DNA of 64,000 nucleotides from assembly GCF_006345805.1 (NCBI RefSeq), contig NC_042998.1, forward strand, positions 89,404,001-89,468,000. The letters are read 5' to 3'. This DNA comes from Octopus sinensis. Taxonomy: Eukaryota. Shown here one piece after another: positions 50,961 through 64,000 of the stretch. Below the pieces are notes generated by a model. That model was not told the origin of the DNA. It saw nothing but the letters and a program-made list of their open reading frames with translations, and ran no database searches. Position numbers and translations under genes: made by a program. Position 1 is the stretch's first letter; the number at the start of each line of letters is the position of its first letter.

Positions 50961-52570
50961 CACAAGGCCAGCTTCCCTACAGTTTCTCTCTCGCAAATTC
51001 TACTTTCAAGTATAGGGCTACCCAAGTTTATGCTATTAGAAGTTTAACCAAAACGTCGTGAAATGAGATCGAACTTGGAAGTATACAACCATCCACACTT
51101 GTTCAACCTAAGCATAACTTTTTATATGTGTGTACGCGTGTGTGAGCCTGTGTGAGAGTGTGTGTACGTGTGTGCAGTAATTAATTAATGTTACACTTAC
51201 ACGCACCTGCCTAATTTGTTCGAAACAATATGATAACATGACTTAGAGACAGGTTGATTAAAATAGGCTTCGGAAATACAGAATACAATAATTCACGACT
51301 TGCCCACAAGCTTTGTTCACTTCCTCTTATGAATATGTACCGACATCATGGGTGTGCGTTTGCATATACTTACATACATACATACATACATGTACATTTA
51401 TATATAAATATATACATGCATGTGTGCATCTGTGTGTGCGTGTGCATATATGTATATCTTGAGATGTAAATACGTAACATAGACTCACAGGGGCATGCAT
51501 CAATACATAGTGAAAAAGTATGCACAAGCACACACGGTCTCTCTCTCTCACTCGCTCACACACACATACACACACACACTCACACACCTACGCATTCACA
51601 CACATACGCACACACATATTGCCCATTGTTGCGGATAAACGAACAAAAGCTCAGTCACTGATAACAATTCCCGCTCTTGTCCACAATATCGTCTATAGAT
51701 CTACGACAGATAAACTGAGCAACAAAACGTTCAAACAGTTCTTAGAGGATTAAATGACAAAAGGCTGGTCTACAGATATGTTCTTTTTAAATGAAGGTCA
51801 CAAGATTTTGCAAAGTAATGTGTATACAGCTGTCGATGTTTGTAGATTCAGGAAGTGTGATTATCATGACATCTTGCAATATAAGAAGACACGCATACGC
51901 AAACACAACACACGAGTCAGAAATACGAGACTGAATGTGGTAGCTCACACTGCTCGAAAGAGAACCCAAATTACCTCTCTCTCTTTACCGTCTATATATC
52001 CCTGATGTTTTCAAGTTATGAGTGAACGAAAAAAATTGTTTTGCTCTTTAGCTCTTACCAAATTCAGATTTATTTGATGAGATACAGCAGCGTATCAGGT
52101 CATAGTAGAGAACACGTAGTATCTCTATTAACGATGAAATTCGAGGTAGATAAAACTATATATGATAGTATGTTGATTATTGGGTTAACAAATCCCTTCG
52201 ATTTCATATCATCTGTGAACATTACAGATGCACTTCCATTATACCAAAGCAACACATCGAATTTTAAACATTGTTTTCCATCCATTTTAGAAGCACTATT
52301 CTTACCAGTGAGAACTGTACCTTCTTTAGTAGCATTCTTTAGTTTCTATTCCTATTTGCAGCCTTTGGATTCTTTTTAACCCAATATTCTATTTATATCT
52401 TTATCTGTCTGCTTCGAGTTTCACTGTGGAAAAGATTTATTTTATACATCTCGAAGTTTCTAAAACTATTACGATATAAACAATAAGTAGTATCTTTCCG
52501 TTTAACTTTGACTCGGCGGAATTAATTCAGATGGATTTGTTACATCTGTGTCACTGATCTATTATGGATC

Positions 52571-53100
52571 TGTAGTGACGTCATATTCTAGTGGGCGCAC
52601 ACGCAACGTCATTCTTCAGTGTTAGTGTGCGCAACGTCCTTCTTCAGTGTGCGTGTGCGAGGTTGGAACTTTCTGGAACCTTCTGGAAATGCATAAGGAA
52701 GTTCCCTCATGCACATGCGCTAGAGACTGAAGAAGAAATTCTATCGCGTTCCTTAATAGCGTCGTGGACTTGAGACACAGCGATAGAAGAGAAAGGACGT
52801 ATTTTTAAACGTGTGTTCAGCCTATTTTCCTGTCCCAGACGCTTAGGATTTGACCTGTTCTGTTGCTGCTGAATCGTTGTAAGAAACTTACAAACGTTAG
52901 AATTCAGCCTTGCTGTGTTCAGCTAGGTGGATACCAGTATACCATCGTGTTTCATTGTTGAATAAGAGAATAAAGAATCGTATATATTTTTAAAGTTGCG
53001 TTTTGTTACCGACTGGTAGTTTCTAAACAAAAAGAAAGGACATTGTGTTGCACCCAAGTTGCACCCCAAAAGTATAAAGAAGCAACCAGTTCCCTTTACA
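52571..53100 (+). repeat. 5' LTR (530 bp, TG...CA)
   Basis: About 97% identical to the 3' LTR by manual count, plus two ~10-bp duplications; AATAAA present. Confidence 0.95.
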
Positions 53101-53101
53101 G

Positions 53102-53113
53102 TGGTGACCCCGA
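53102..53113 (+). promoter_or_regulatory. Primer-binding site complementary to tRNA-Trp 3' end
   Basis: TGGTGACCCCGA, 1 nt after the 5' LTR; complementary to the ..UCGGGGUCACCA end of eukaryotic tRNA-Trp. Confidence 0.85.
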
Positions 53114-53639
53114 GTTCTGGTCATAGACCATAGAACACTCAACCAAGTTTCCCGAGTTCTGGTCATAGACCATAGAACACTTAACTGAAATCTAGAATCT
53201 ACCTAGTCTGAACCAATCAACCCGCCGCAGTCATCATCTTTCAACAATTTGTCAGCCATTTCATCGTCGACGAAAAAAAAATTGACTTAAGCTGTTAGTG
53301 CGATCCGTGCACCAAGCATAACAGGCAGTCAAACTTAAGAAGAGACAGTTTAAAATACATAACATAAAAAAAAATGTTCATGTTAGCACACACGCACGAA
53401 AAAAAATTCGTTTTAGACGCGACGAAGGTTGGTAAAATATATAAAAAAAAGAATTTTTTATTCTATGTGCATACAGTACAAAAAAAAAATTTTGGTAAAT
53501 TGTACATGTAAAAAATTTATTGGTTCAATTGCTGGTCTTGTTTTTCCTTTTTTCCTTGTTGCGTCTGTTCAACTTTGATTCGTTGTCATTTACCTTTCCT
53601 TTGACAGAATCATCTAGTAAAGTTTAAAAACTACAAAAT

Positions 53640-53950
53640 GTCTATGGCATCATCTATGGCATCATGCTGCTTGTGTCTGCTCTGAATCATCTGCAGCCTC
53701 AATTGATAGACTTACTAAAGAAATAGAATGTCTCACCAAAAGGATGAACGCGATGTGTCGCGATGGCAAGCGATTTTCAAGATCGCGTAGTCGTAGCCGT
53801 TCTTCATCTCGTTCTACACAGTCAAAGTCCAAACTGTGTTGGTATCACTCAAAATTTGAAGAGAAAGCACATAAGTGCATACAGCCATGCAACTATAAAA
53901 GATTTCAAAGAGGAGTTGAGCACGTCAACTTCCTCCACATCGTTTTCTAG
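53640..53950 (+). pseudogene. gag: Gag C-terminal remnant with CHCC motif
   Basis: RSRSRSRS..LCWYHSKFEEKAHKCIQPC; the N-terminal capsid region appears missing. Confidence 0.8.
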
Positions 53951-56374
53951 TTATCGTGCATTTTTCGTTAAGGATCTAGTGTCGAAGAAATACTTCATGG
54001 TGGACACTGGTTCTTGTTGCAGTATTTGGCCTCTGCGTCTCACAACCGACAGGCCAAAACGATCTAATGTTACCTTGCAAGCTATTGACTCGTCACCAAT
54101 AGCCACATTCGGTCAAATCACTTTACGCCTTGGCATACATCTTCGTCGAGATTTTCAGTGGGTTTTTGTCATTGCTGACATTCCGCATCCTATTTTAGGT
54201 GCGGATTTTCTAAATAACTTTGATCTATTGGTAGATGTCAGACGTCGGAGGCTAGTCGACGGTTCAACTACACTCTCCACGCCGACCAGAGAATCTACCG
54301 ATTCAGCTCTTAGCCCGACATTTTTTGTTTCTACATCTGGAGATGTTTTTCATTCTCTATTGGCTTCTTTTCCAGAGCTACTTGATATTACCTTTAAAAT
54401 GGCAAAACCCGTACACTCGACATTCCATCTTATTACAACTACTGGACAGCCTGTTTTTTCGCGCCCACGGCATCTTGCACCTGACCGTCTTAAAACGGCT
54501 AGGGCTGAGTTTGAGCATATGCTCCAGCTTGGTCTGATACGCCCATCCACCAGTCCATGGGCATAACCCCTTCATTTAGTTCGAAAAGGGGATACAGATT
54601 TTCGCTCGGTGGGAGATTATCGGCGTCTAAATTCTGTGACGATTCCGGACAGATATCCAATTAGGAATCTCAATGACTTTTCAGCGAATCTTCATGGCTG
54701 TACCATTTTTTCTAAGGTTGACCTCATACGTGCTTATCATCAAATACCGGTCAACCCAGACGATGTTCCTAAAACGGCAATTACCACTCCTTTTGGTTGT
54801 TTCGAATTTCTATACATGAGTTTTGGTTTGCGGAACGCCACTAGTACATTCCAACGTTTTATAGATGAAGTTATTCGTGGACTTGATTTTGTTTTTGCGT
54901 ATGTCGATGATATTCTCATCGCAAGTGATACGCATGAAAATCATCTCCAGCACTTGTCTCAGCTTTTTCAGCGTCTTCGCGACTATGGTGTTCGCTTTAA
55001 TCCAGACAAGTGCGTTTTTGGGCAATCATCTCTTGATTTTCTCGGTCATTATATTGATTCGAGTGAAATCAAACCACTCTCGTCTAAAGTCGATGCAATT
55101 CAGCGCATCGCACCACCTTCTTCTTTGCGTAATTTCTATCGACGCTTCATATACCGGTGTGCGGACAAGTTGTTTCCTTTAAAGAAGATGCTAAAGGGCA
55201 ATTCTAAAAAGGATGCCCGTCGTACTCTTTCAGCTGAAGCACTGCCTGCCTTTGAGTTAGTTAAAAAGGAACTAGCTTCAGTTCCTGTTTTAGCACATCC
55301 GGCTCCTGATGCTCCACTTACTTTATCTGTGGACGCATCAGATTCTGCAGTTGGCGCTGTCTTGCAGCACACCGTAGATGGTGAAACTAAACCTTTGGCT
55401 TTCTTTTCTCCTAGACCGTTAGTACCTGAGAAACATCAACGTTCTGTTTTTGATGCTCTTCATTCATTGTCACATCCGGGTATCTCTGCCACAGTAAAGC
55501 TTGTTACTGCTCGGTTCTTCTGGCCCAATATGCGACAATCGATTACCTCTTGGGCACGCTCTTGTTTGAGATGCCGGAGTGCTAAAGTCCATAGACACGT
55601 TCGTGCTCCACTTGGACAGTTTTCTTCTCCTGAGGCCCGTTTTCGTCATGTCCACCTTGATTTGGTTGGACCATGGCCTGTGAGTCGCGGGTTCTCATAT
55701 ATTTTAACTTGTATCGATCGTTTCTCACGTTGGCCGGAAGCTATTCCTATAGAAGACATTTCTGCTGAAACTGTTGCGAAAGCTTTCGTGTCTAATTGGA
55801 TTTCTAGGTATGGTGTACCGTCCAGTTTAACCACAGATCGTGGTCGACAATTCGAAGCGGTTTTATTTCGTGAGTTATCACGAATCCTGGGGATGCATCA
55901 TATACGCACCACTAGTTACCATCCTGCTTCTAATGGGATGGTGGAGCGTTTCCACAGGCAACTTAAGGCCGCGTTGCGTGCCTCGCCGAATCCACAGTCG
56001 TGGACTGAATGTCTTCCTATCGTCCTGCTTGGATGTCGGACTGCGATTAAAGCAGACCTTGGTTTTTCTTCTGCCGAGCTCTTGTATGGTACCAACTTGA
56101 CATTAACGGTCGTTCGGAGACCGTATCCGTAGATCGTCTTAAAAGGGCATATTTTGAGGTGTCCACATCTTTTGATGACCCCACTGCCACAACCATCGTT
56201 GAACCTTCACATGCACCTTTGACAACACCACCATTTACACATGCACCTTTATCAACACCAACATCGGCAACACCACCTTCGTCGTCGCAGCCCGCTTCGA
56301 ACAAACCTTATGTTACGAGGTCAGGCAGAACTGTTCACTGGCCAAAGAAACTTTCAAAGACGATTTATATTTGA
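53763..56374 (+). pseudogene. pol: Pol (protease, RT, partial RNase H, integrase) with premature stop and deletions
   Basis: PR FMVDTGS and ILGADFL; TAA at 54564-54566 in PWA*P; [30 protein letters not shown]; RH only [18 protein letters not shown]; [37 protein letters not shown]; C-terminal [14 protein letters not shown] in another frame. Confidence 0.93.
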
Positions 56375-56580
56375 CATTCTCAATTGACTTCCCAGTGACA
56401 GTTACGATACTAATTGAACTTTGTTCATTTGAATATTATTTTTTCTTTTCCTTTGCTGCATGCTTGTTTATATTATAGAATTTTGTTTTAATTTGTCATA
56501 TTTTGTGCCATTTTGGTGATTTGGTATCCACCTTATATTCTGAAGCCACTACAAGGAATTTTGTTTCGTGCTTCCGCACT

Positions 56581-56592
56581 CGAGGGGGAACC
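56581..56592 (+). promoter_or_regulatory. Polypurine tract
   Basis: CGAGGGGGAACC immediately before the 3' LTR. Confidence 0.8.
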
Positions 56593-57102
56593 TTTAGGTG
56601 ACGTCATATTCCAGTGTGCGCACACGCAACGTCATTCTTCAGTGTGCGTGTGCGCAACGTCCTTCTTCAGTGTGCGTGTGCGGGGTTGGAACCTTCTGGA
56701 AAGACATAAGGAAGTTCCCTCATGCACATGCGCTAGAGACTGAAGAAGAAATTCTATCGTGTTCCTTAATAGCGTCGTGGACTTGAGACACGGCGATAGA
56801 AGAGAAAGGACGTATTTTTAAACGTGTGATCAGCCTATTCTCCTGTCCCAGACGCTTAGGATTTGACCTGTTCTGTTGCTGCTGAATCGTTGTAAGAAAC
56901 TTACAAACGTTAGAATTCAGCCTTGCTGTGTTCAACTAGGTGGATACCAGTATACCATCGTGTTTCATTGTTGAATAAGAGAATAAAGAATCGTATATAT
57001 TTTTAAAGTTGCGTTTTGTTACCGACTGGTAGTTTCTAAACAAAAAGAAAGGAAATTGTGTTGCACACCAAAATTGTAAAGAAGCAACCAGTTCCCTTTA
57101 CA
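56593..57102 (+). repeat. 3' LTR (510 bp; 5' TG mutated to TT)
   Basis: Follows the PPT, ends TTTACA, then the GATC TSD. Confidence 0.95.
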
Positions 57103-60100
57103 GATCCATTGGTGATATGAACTAAACGCTAAAATTTGATACTATGGCATATATGCCGTGGCAGAAATAACTATGACAGAATATATGTTGAGCAAGAATT
57201 TAAATCTACAGCGAATAGACATTGCTATACAAATATAATTCTCTTCTACGCTATTTATCAACATTTAACAAACCAAATTTCGAGTTCTTTACGTCAGTTG
57301 ACAATAAAGATTTATTCGAAAATAATGAAATAATTTAGTTAAATCAAGTATAATCTGAAAAATTTTCGGCTTCCGAGCCTTATTTTAGCGTACTATCCTA
57401 ATAACGAGTGAAGTCCACTTAAGCTATACATTTAATTTTAACTCGAAGTAAAGTCGCCAAAAAATGTATTTTAGTATGGTGTATTCAGCCGCCATTCAAG
57501 AAAAATAGAATAGTTCATATCATCACGAATTCCTGATAATCTGTGGCTTTGACGTGATTTCTAACTCTGCTTAAAGTCTTTTCACATCACTTATTTTATA
57601 ATGTCCATGCAAAAGGCATTAATATTACGCAGTTATTTCATAACATGTTCGGGTTTCATGCCAGAGTAAAAAGAAACTAATATAAAATTTCTAGAGAGCA
57701 AGACTTCAGCATCCCGACAACTCGACCTGGCGGCACAAATTGGATTCTTCTTATTTAGCCCTGTGCTACGGATGTCTTAAGGCGACCGACAGTCAAGGTG
57801 CTTCGTAGTATCTGTCCCTACTTCTTTACGATCGGAGTCCAAATCCCAACAAAGTCAACTTTGTGTTTCATACTTTTCGGTGTTGATAATATAAGTACCA
57901 GTCAGGAGCTCCAGATTAACGGAATTGTTAGAAAGTTGGAGAAAATGGTTTGTAATTTATTTTGTCTCAGCTCTTTTTGCTTCTAATACTTAGATGTAAG
58001 CATAGAACGGGAAAATGATGTCATATAAAGACTATATTTAAAGAAAGACAACACGCAACTACCATTGTATTCTTTCATGCAAATTTTATGACAAGCCCAG
58101 AAGGGTTACTGTAAAGTCATTATGGCTTCTTTCATGGAACTGATGACTTAGAATGGAATAAATACCTTGGTAAATGCATGAATATCACATCCATTCTTTC
58201 TGTTTTATCATGAATTAATAACACATATCAATACTTTCAAGAAGTGCTAAATTGGCATTTCGCTGAATAAATCCTAATTACAATTATACTCGCAATATAA
58301 CGGCGTAGGTTTTTTTGAATTCGGTAGGACATAAGTTAAGCTTGTTCCAATTCGAGGCTGAAGCTACGTCTCTCTGGTGATGAGAACGTGGGTCTAGTTA
58401 AAGTATATTAATTTAATGAATTGAAACATAGAATACAAGGAACTTTGCAGGGATAGAACAATCGATTATTTCAAATGCTCTTATTGACCACTACTTATTT
58501 TATCGACCACAAAAGGCAAAGGTCAGCCTCGACAGAATTAGCTCTCAGATCATAAAGATGCAGCTAACCGTCACATGGCAGTATGTCTGATGTTGTACTG
58601 ATTCTACAAATCCTCTTCCGCTGGTTAAACTATTATAATGACGATAGAACTTGTTTTTAATGTTATTGAAGTAAAAACAAAATAAAGAAAAATAGAAATA
58701 ACTCCCTGCAAACAGATTCTGAAGTCCAGAAGCGATTGCTCTTGTTTGAGTAAAAAAATCTCACAGTTGTACTTTTTCCTCATTCTAAATATGCATTCCT
58801 GCACCGTACTACAATATTTTTATTTACAGTATTGATACGCCATTCCACTAGAATAGAGCTATTTAACAGAGTCACTTAATCTGTAAAATTTAAGGCTACA
58901 AATATCCTTCAGGAAGAAATGAACATGAATATATCCCATTTGATTTTATTCCTATCGTATGTAGAGTTGTATGCATAGTTATAAAACGAATACATTATTT
59001 AACAGATGTTATCACTAAAGAAAAAAATGTTTACATGAAAGATTTTGATAAATAAAAGTCATAAGTAGTAAACAACTATTTAAATTTTATTGTCCCTTTA
59101 TAATCAGTTAGCATTTGTTTTTCTGCAGTGAAATTATATTGATTCTTCTAATATATTTTCTTGTTAATTTGTTAATTAAAGAAAGAATTTCATTTTATGA
59201 TACTGAGTCACAATCTTAACACAACAAAATACGAAAACTTGTCAATACAGCTAATAACCTGTCAGCATTTCTCAAAGTCATACTATATGGTTTCAAAAGG
59301 AAAATACTTGGCAAAATTATTCACAGAAAAACAATATTTTTATTTTAGGTATAAGATTTCAGAAATTTTATATTTGACGTTTTCATATGTTTATTTATTT
59401 TGCAGCGAACTTTAGAATACAAAGACTATTTGAATGTAAATATCTCCCCATGAGACAAATCAGAATTTATGACTATCTAAAAATTTATTTCCACAGGTCA
59501 AAGAAAATTCTTTGCTTTGAGACGTTCCCTTTCAACTGGGTGGAGTTAGAAGAGCACGCATTAAATAGTGCATGAATTTTCTTACGTGCATTTTTCACTA
59601 TCAGTTTCGTTATTTTTCTATGCGAACTGTTATTATGCTATGCTATATTATGATTTGACTATTTTTCAGAAACAGAATCCCTAGAACTTCAATAGAAATA
59701 CTTCAATAGAAAACAGAGAAAATTAAGTATAACACGAAGCAGTGAACTTTTCTATTTTAATCTGAACTTTTTTAGATGTAATGTTGCTAGAGTAGTTTGT
59801 TTTTCCTTCGTATTATTTGACACAAAATGTGTGCTTCTAATCATATTATATTTTAATTATTGTAGTTTAAAACACTCCTCCTTCGCTTAATTCTAACTAT
59901 ATAGGTCGGAATACCAAATGATGTTTTAACACAAAATTTGTTCATGCCACCCCCATATCCACCACCAAAAAACAAATTATAACGAAAAAATGCTCCATGT
60001 CCAAACGTAAATTATTAAAATGGAATATCTAGATACATGTTACAGAACAACCCGATCTAAATATCATTGGATAGAAGAGGAAAATATATGGGCAATCAGA

Positions 60101-60228
60101 TAACAATCCTTTTCTTTAAATGCTCGCAAAAGTATGAGATTCCAACGATTGTTTAGCTTCAGATAAATGGAGTAATGTTTTGGAATTTTCAGTTTCAAAG
60201 AATGTGTACACACATATGTATGCATGTG

Positions 60229-60340
<112 letters not shown>

Positions 60341-60444
60341 ATGTATGGATTATGTATGCACTCATGCATATGAGGATGGATTGGATGGATGAATTCATAT
60401 ACACATATCTACAAACGTACGTACATGGGTACATGCATGCATGC

Positions 60445-60475
<31 letters not shown>

Positions 60476-60987
60476 CATACATACATACATACATACATAC
60501 ATACTTACATACATACATTACCTCCCTATGCGGCATGACGTTGTCGCAATAACACTATACAATTCCATTCGAAAAAAAGACTGTCCTGGAATAAATATAG
60601 AGAATCTTCCTGTTTTTGAATACGTACACAAATATCAGCATAAAGAATACTGATGGAACATTCCCAAGCAAGACTTCCGCCCCCCAACCACCGTTTTTTA
60701 AAATCTCTTTTTTACGGCATAAACACCCCTTTTCGGCTACGGGAAATACGAATATGCAAAAAATTGGCAAAAATCGGAAATTTTTAAATTATCACCCCAT
60801 CCCTATTTCCTTCATTTTTTTTTTTTCACTTTTTTCGGAATTTTTTTTTTTTTTCAAAATATGCGGAAAAATACGGAGATTATGATTCTGAAAACAATTT
60901 CCTAAAATTCTTTTAAAAGATTTTTTCTAAATATGCGGGAAAATACGGACTTTATGATTCGGATAAAAAATTCCAAACATTTCTGTA

Positions 60988-61095
60988 GTTACGGTTAGGG
61001 TTATGGCTTTATGGTTATGGTTATGGTTATGGTTATGGTTAGGGTTAAGGTTAGGGTTTTAAGGTTAGGGCCAGGGTTTTAGGGTTAGGGTTGGG
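60988..61095 (+). repeat. Degenerate interstitial telomere-like TTAGGG/TTATGG array with G-quadruplex motif
   Basis: TTATGG units grading into TTAGGG; five GGG runs at 61068-61095. Confidence 0.75.
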
Positions 61096-61261
61096 TAAAA
61101 AGTCAAAATTGAAGAATTTGGTGGGGAAAGCGGGGTGGGAAATTTAACAATGCCATTTTTGGCAATTTTCCGGAACTTCCGTATCCGAAAACGTGGGCTT
61201 TTGGCAAAAATTCAAACAATAAACAAATTTGGGAGAAAATAAGGGGTGAAATGTAAACATA

Positions 61262-61600
61262 GCAGGCAGGATAATGTTGTTTCAAATGGGCAAGAGAAAG
61301 AAATTACTGTCATAGAGATCAATTGTCCTGCTGATGTGAATATTTCTTTGAAAATCAAAGACAACTATGCACAATTGCTTCGAAACCTCCAGCTTCTATA
61401 TCCAGATTACAAATATGCATTTATATGAATGATAATAGGAACAATTGATTTTGTAGTAAATCCCTAACTGTCAGTCCGGATAAGCTTAGATTTTCAGAAA
61501 AAGAAATCAGCTAACTGACTTGCACATTACAAATACAATCTATAAGCAGAACACTAAAACTATGAAAGGCTTTTCTCAGATTTAAAATGTGACATTGTTT
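61262..61600 (+). mobile_element. Degenerate 3' REL-endonuclease fragment of another R4/Dong-like family
   Basis: RQDNVV..TVIEINCPADVNISLKIKDNYAQLLRNLQLLYPDYK resembles the RPD..IE.SCP.D..K..Y REL pattern. Confidence 0.6.
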
Positions 61601-64000
61601 TGTTATCTATATTTCAATGATGGAGCCAGCTAGAAATCAGCTCCTCCTTCAGAGGAAGAATTTAAATTATTAAAAACAGAAGACATACGTACATACATAC
61701 ATACATACATACATACATACATACATACATGCATATCGTTCGTTTATTGCCTCATATAACAATTACGTATATATATATATGGGGAGGGATGGGAATGGCA
61801 TTTGGAATTTTACTGATGAGACAAAGGGTGTGGATTGTTATTCAAGGAAGTTCTCGAGGGATCGCAATTTAAATCGCTAAAATAACTAAATAAATAAGTC
61901 GGAATATTCATTTGGACTTACGCTTCGTGATTATCACATTACATTTATGAAATTAAGTTAAACTTACTGTAATCGAACTTTGCCCCCAGGAATTTCAATC
62001 TTTACAACCAGTAATGTTGACCTAGATAGAAATAGCATTAGTAATGGTTTAAATATTCCTGTTATTTATCAAATGACTGATCTAACATTATCCTGTTTCG
62101 TTTGGGTTTCCCAACAGTATTTGTTATTATTGTCTCACTACACATGTCTAACATACATATTGAAGCTGTAGATGTTGTATCTAAATTAGATTGTGTTTTG
62201 TTTGCTGTTTAACTCATAATCAAGTAAATTTAAGTCGTAAGCATTATTTTACAAAGCAAAAACATCAAATTTACTGATGTCTGCAAAGCAGAGGTATAGT
62301 TTTAAATTTCATTATCTGAATACGCATGCACTCACCTATCAACGGCTATAATGGTTTTTTTTTTTTTTGAGGAAATGCGCATCTGTATGTATGTAAAATA
62401 ATCATGTTCACAGCGACCAGATATCATATGTGATTGCGTGTTCCGTTATGGTAACTTATACCCACTGAACAACGAGTACACCTGGGAAATACATCTATAA
62501 CGAGGTGTTTAGTGCTACGACTCATTAAATAAACACAAGTGTGCTGTTCAGATAGTATATTAATGACAGTAAAGTCAACAGATATCATGAGCGACAAATG
62601 TTATCATAATTCAAGAAGTGTTCTATTACTAGACAAACTAATCTATGACCTGATTTCCAAGACTTCACCTAAAATTTATTTAAAAGATAGGAGTAAATAT
62701 TTATTTTGGGGAAGATTCTATTTTGATGAAACGTTTAAAAAATCTATCACACATTAAATCAAATGATCTCCCTCTTCATATCTATATAATTTTTCTAATA
62801 ATTATACTTATCGGATTTCTTCAATACAATGATTAAGTGTTAATTAAATGGTTTATGGAAGTATAAAATAATCACGCCAAAAACATTAATTATTAATTTG
62901 ATTACAATAAAGAATTTCATTTCAGAACATGTAACATTAACACGAAAACTGATTTTAAAAATGAGTATTTAGTAGAAAAAAAAAAACCATCAAAGCACTT
63001 TTGATTATTTTATATATGACATTCACGTATTCATAGATTGATATGGTCTCATTCGTTTTATTCTCCCTATACATAAGTTACGAATAAAATTGATATATGT
63101 TGTATGGTTTAGCACATAAAATAATTTAAATATACTATATATAACATTATACATGATAATTAAGTGATTTGAGATGAAGCGGAACAGCAACATACTGCGT
63201 AAAATTTAGAATTACATTGTTTCTATCAATAAATATTCTTTAACAATTGATTTGTTGTTTTGACCATATATTTATGCAAATTGCAATCAAAACAAGTAAG
63301 CCTCATCGAATAGCATGTAATAATTGATACTCCCAGTAGTTTAACACCAAGCAAAGAGATAACAATAACTTTTTTTTTCTGCAATAATTTATAATCTTCA
63401 TAAATATTTCAGAAAAATTAGTAGAGTATGTTGAGTTCATGATTATAAGTTCGTGGACTCGATTCCTGGCTTGGTCGAGCGTAGTATATTTGAGTAAAGC
63501 GTTGTGTTGCACGCTGCATCAATCTACTCAACTGAAAATGAGTACCAGCCTAGAACAGATACAGCCGTTTCTCTCTCTACCTGCCACATCAACGATGTGT
63601 TGCTGGGTTAAAGGCAAGGGTCTAGAGATTTTGTCTGTATCTGCTACATAGCTGTCAGGTCATAGTCGCTATCAAGTGACTGCTATGGAAACTGCAAAAT
63701 GCATCCACTTTTTATCAAAACATAATTGATGGAAGTACTGGTCTGTCTATCTATCTATCTATTCACGCACGCGCACACACACGCACTCACACACACACGC
63801 GCGCGCATACGTACACACACATACGTATTTGACTATAACGAAAATGAAACACAAATTTGAAAATATATAATTAGATTTGTTTAATATGCCAGTGTAAGTA
63901 AAGAACAATATTTAGTAGCCGGTAACATGTCGTGCTATTTAGTCTGTCCTCTCGTAATGTCAGTATAATGTCAGATGAATATTTTTATTTATAGTCGGCT

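Larger units (their letters stand above)
52571..57102 (+). mobile_element. Ty3/Gypsy LTR retrotransposon, CsRn1 clade, internally deleted
   Basis: Paired LTRs, GATC TSD (52567-52570, 57103-57106), tRNA-Trp PBS, PPT, Gag C-X2-H-X9-C-X3-C motif, PR-RT-RH-IN order. Confidence 0.95.

Noticed and set aside
52041-52379. Overlapping 112-aa (+) and 61-aa (-) ORFs before the LTR
   Set aside because: No recognisable domain, no splice context, and within chance length.
59478-59575. Acceptor TTTATTTCCACAG followed by a short open frame
   Set aside because: No good donor, GTCAAA is not a donor (so not a ratchet site), and all frames close quickly.

Overview
AT-rich eukaryotic non-coding DNA (intronic or intergenic) dominated by transposable elements and microsatellites. 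The repeat families resemble those of coleoid cephalopods (Octopus); this is inferred from recognition, not a database search. I can support no host protein-coding gene, tRNA, rRNA or CRISPR array, and almost all short ORFs in the track are microsatellite artefacts. Supported content: (1) two head-to-tail trains of R4/Dong-clade non-LTR retrotransposons (RT + CCHC + restriction-like endonuclease) embedded in (TAA)n microsatellites, at 6437-11509 (+) and 39015-45122 (-). These include one near full-length but disrupted copy and two exactly 555-bp non-coding elements with identical ends, each flanked by (TAA)n. (2) Two mariner transposons, one an in-frame internal-deletion derivative nested in a Dong 3' UTR. 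(3) A CsRn1-clade Ty3/Gypsy element with both LTRs, a 4-bp TSD, tRNA-Trp PBS and PPT, carrying several internal deletions. (4) Penelope-like (GIY-YIG/RT) remnants and terminal-repeat cassettes sitting in (TA)n tracts, one with an intact-core minimal hammerhead ribozyme and one with a perfect 118-bp-arm palindrome. (5) A Helitron helicase fragment, a HINE/DINE-1-like element and several tRNA-derived SINEs. Best leads: the TAA-targeting system with a putative non-autonomous 555-bp partner, the hammerhead cassette, and candidate recursive (AG|GT ratchet) splice sites at 17424 and 32704 on the + strand. All alignments and counts were done by eye.
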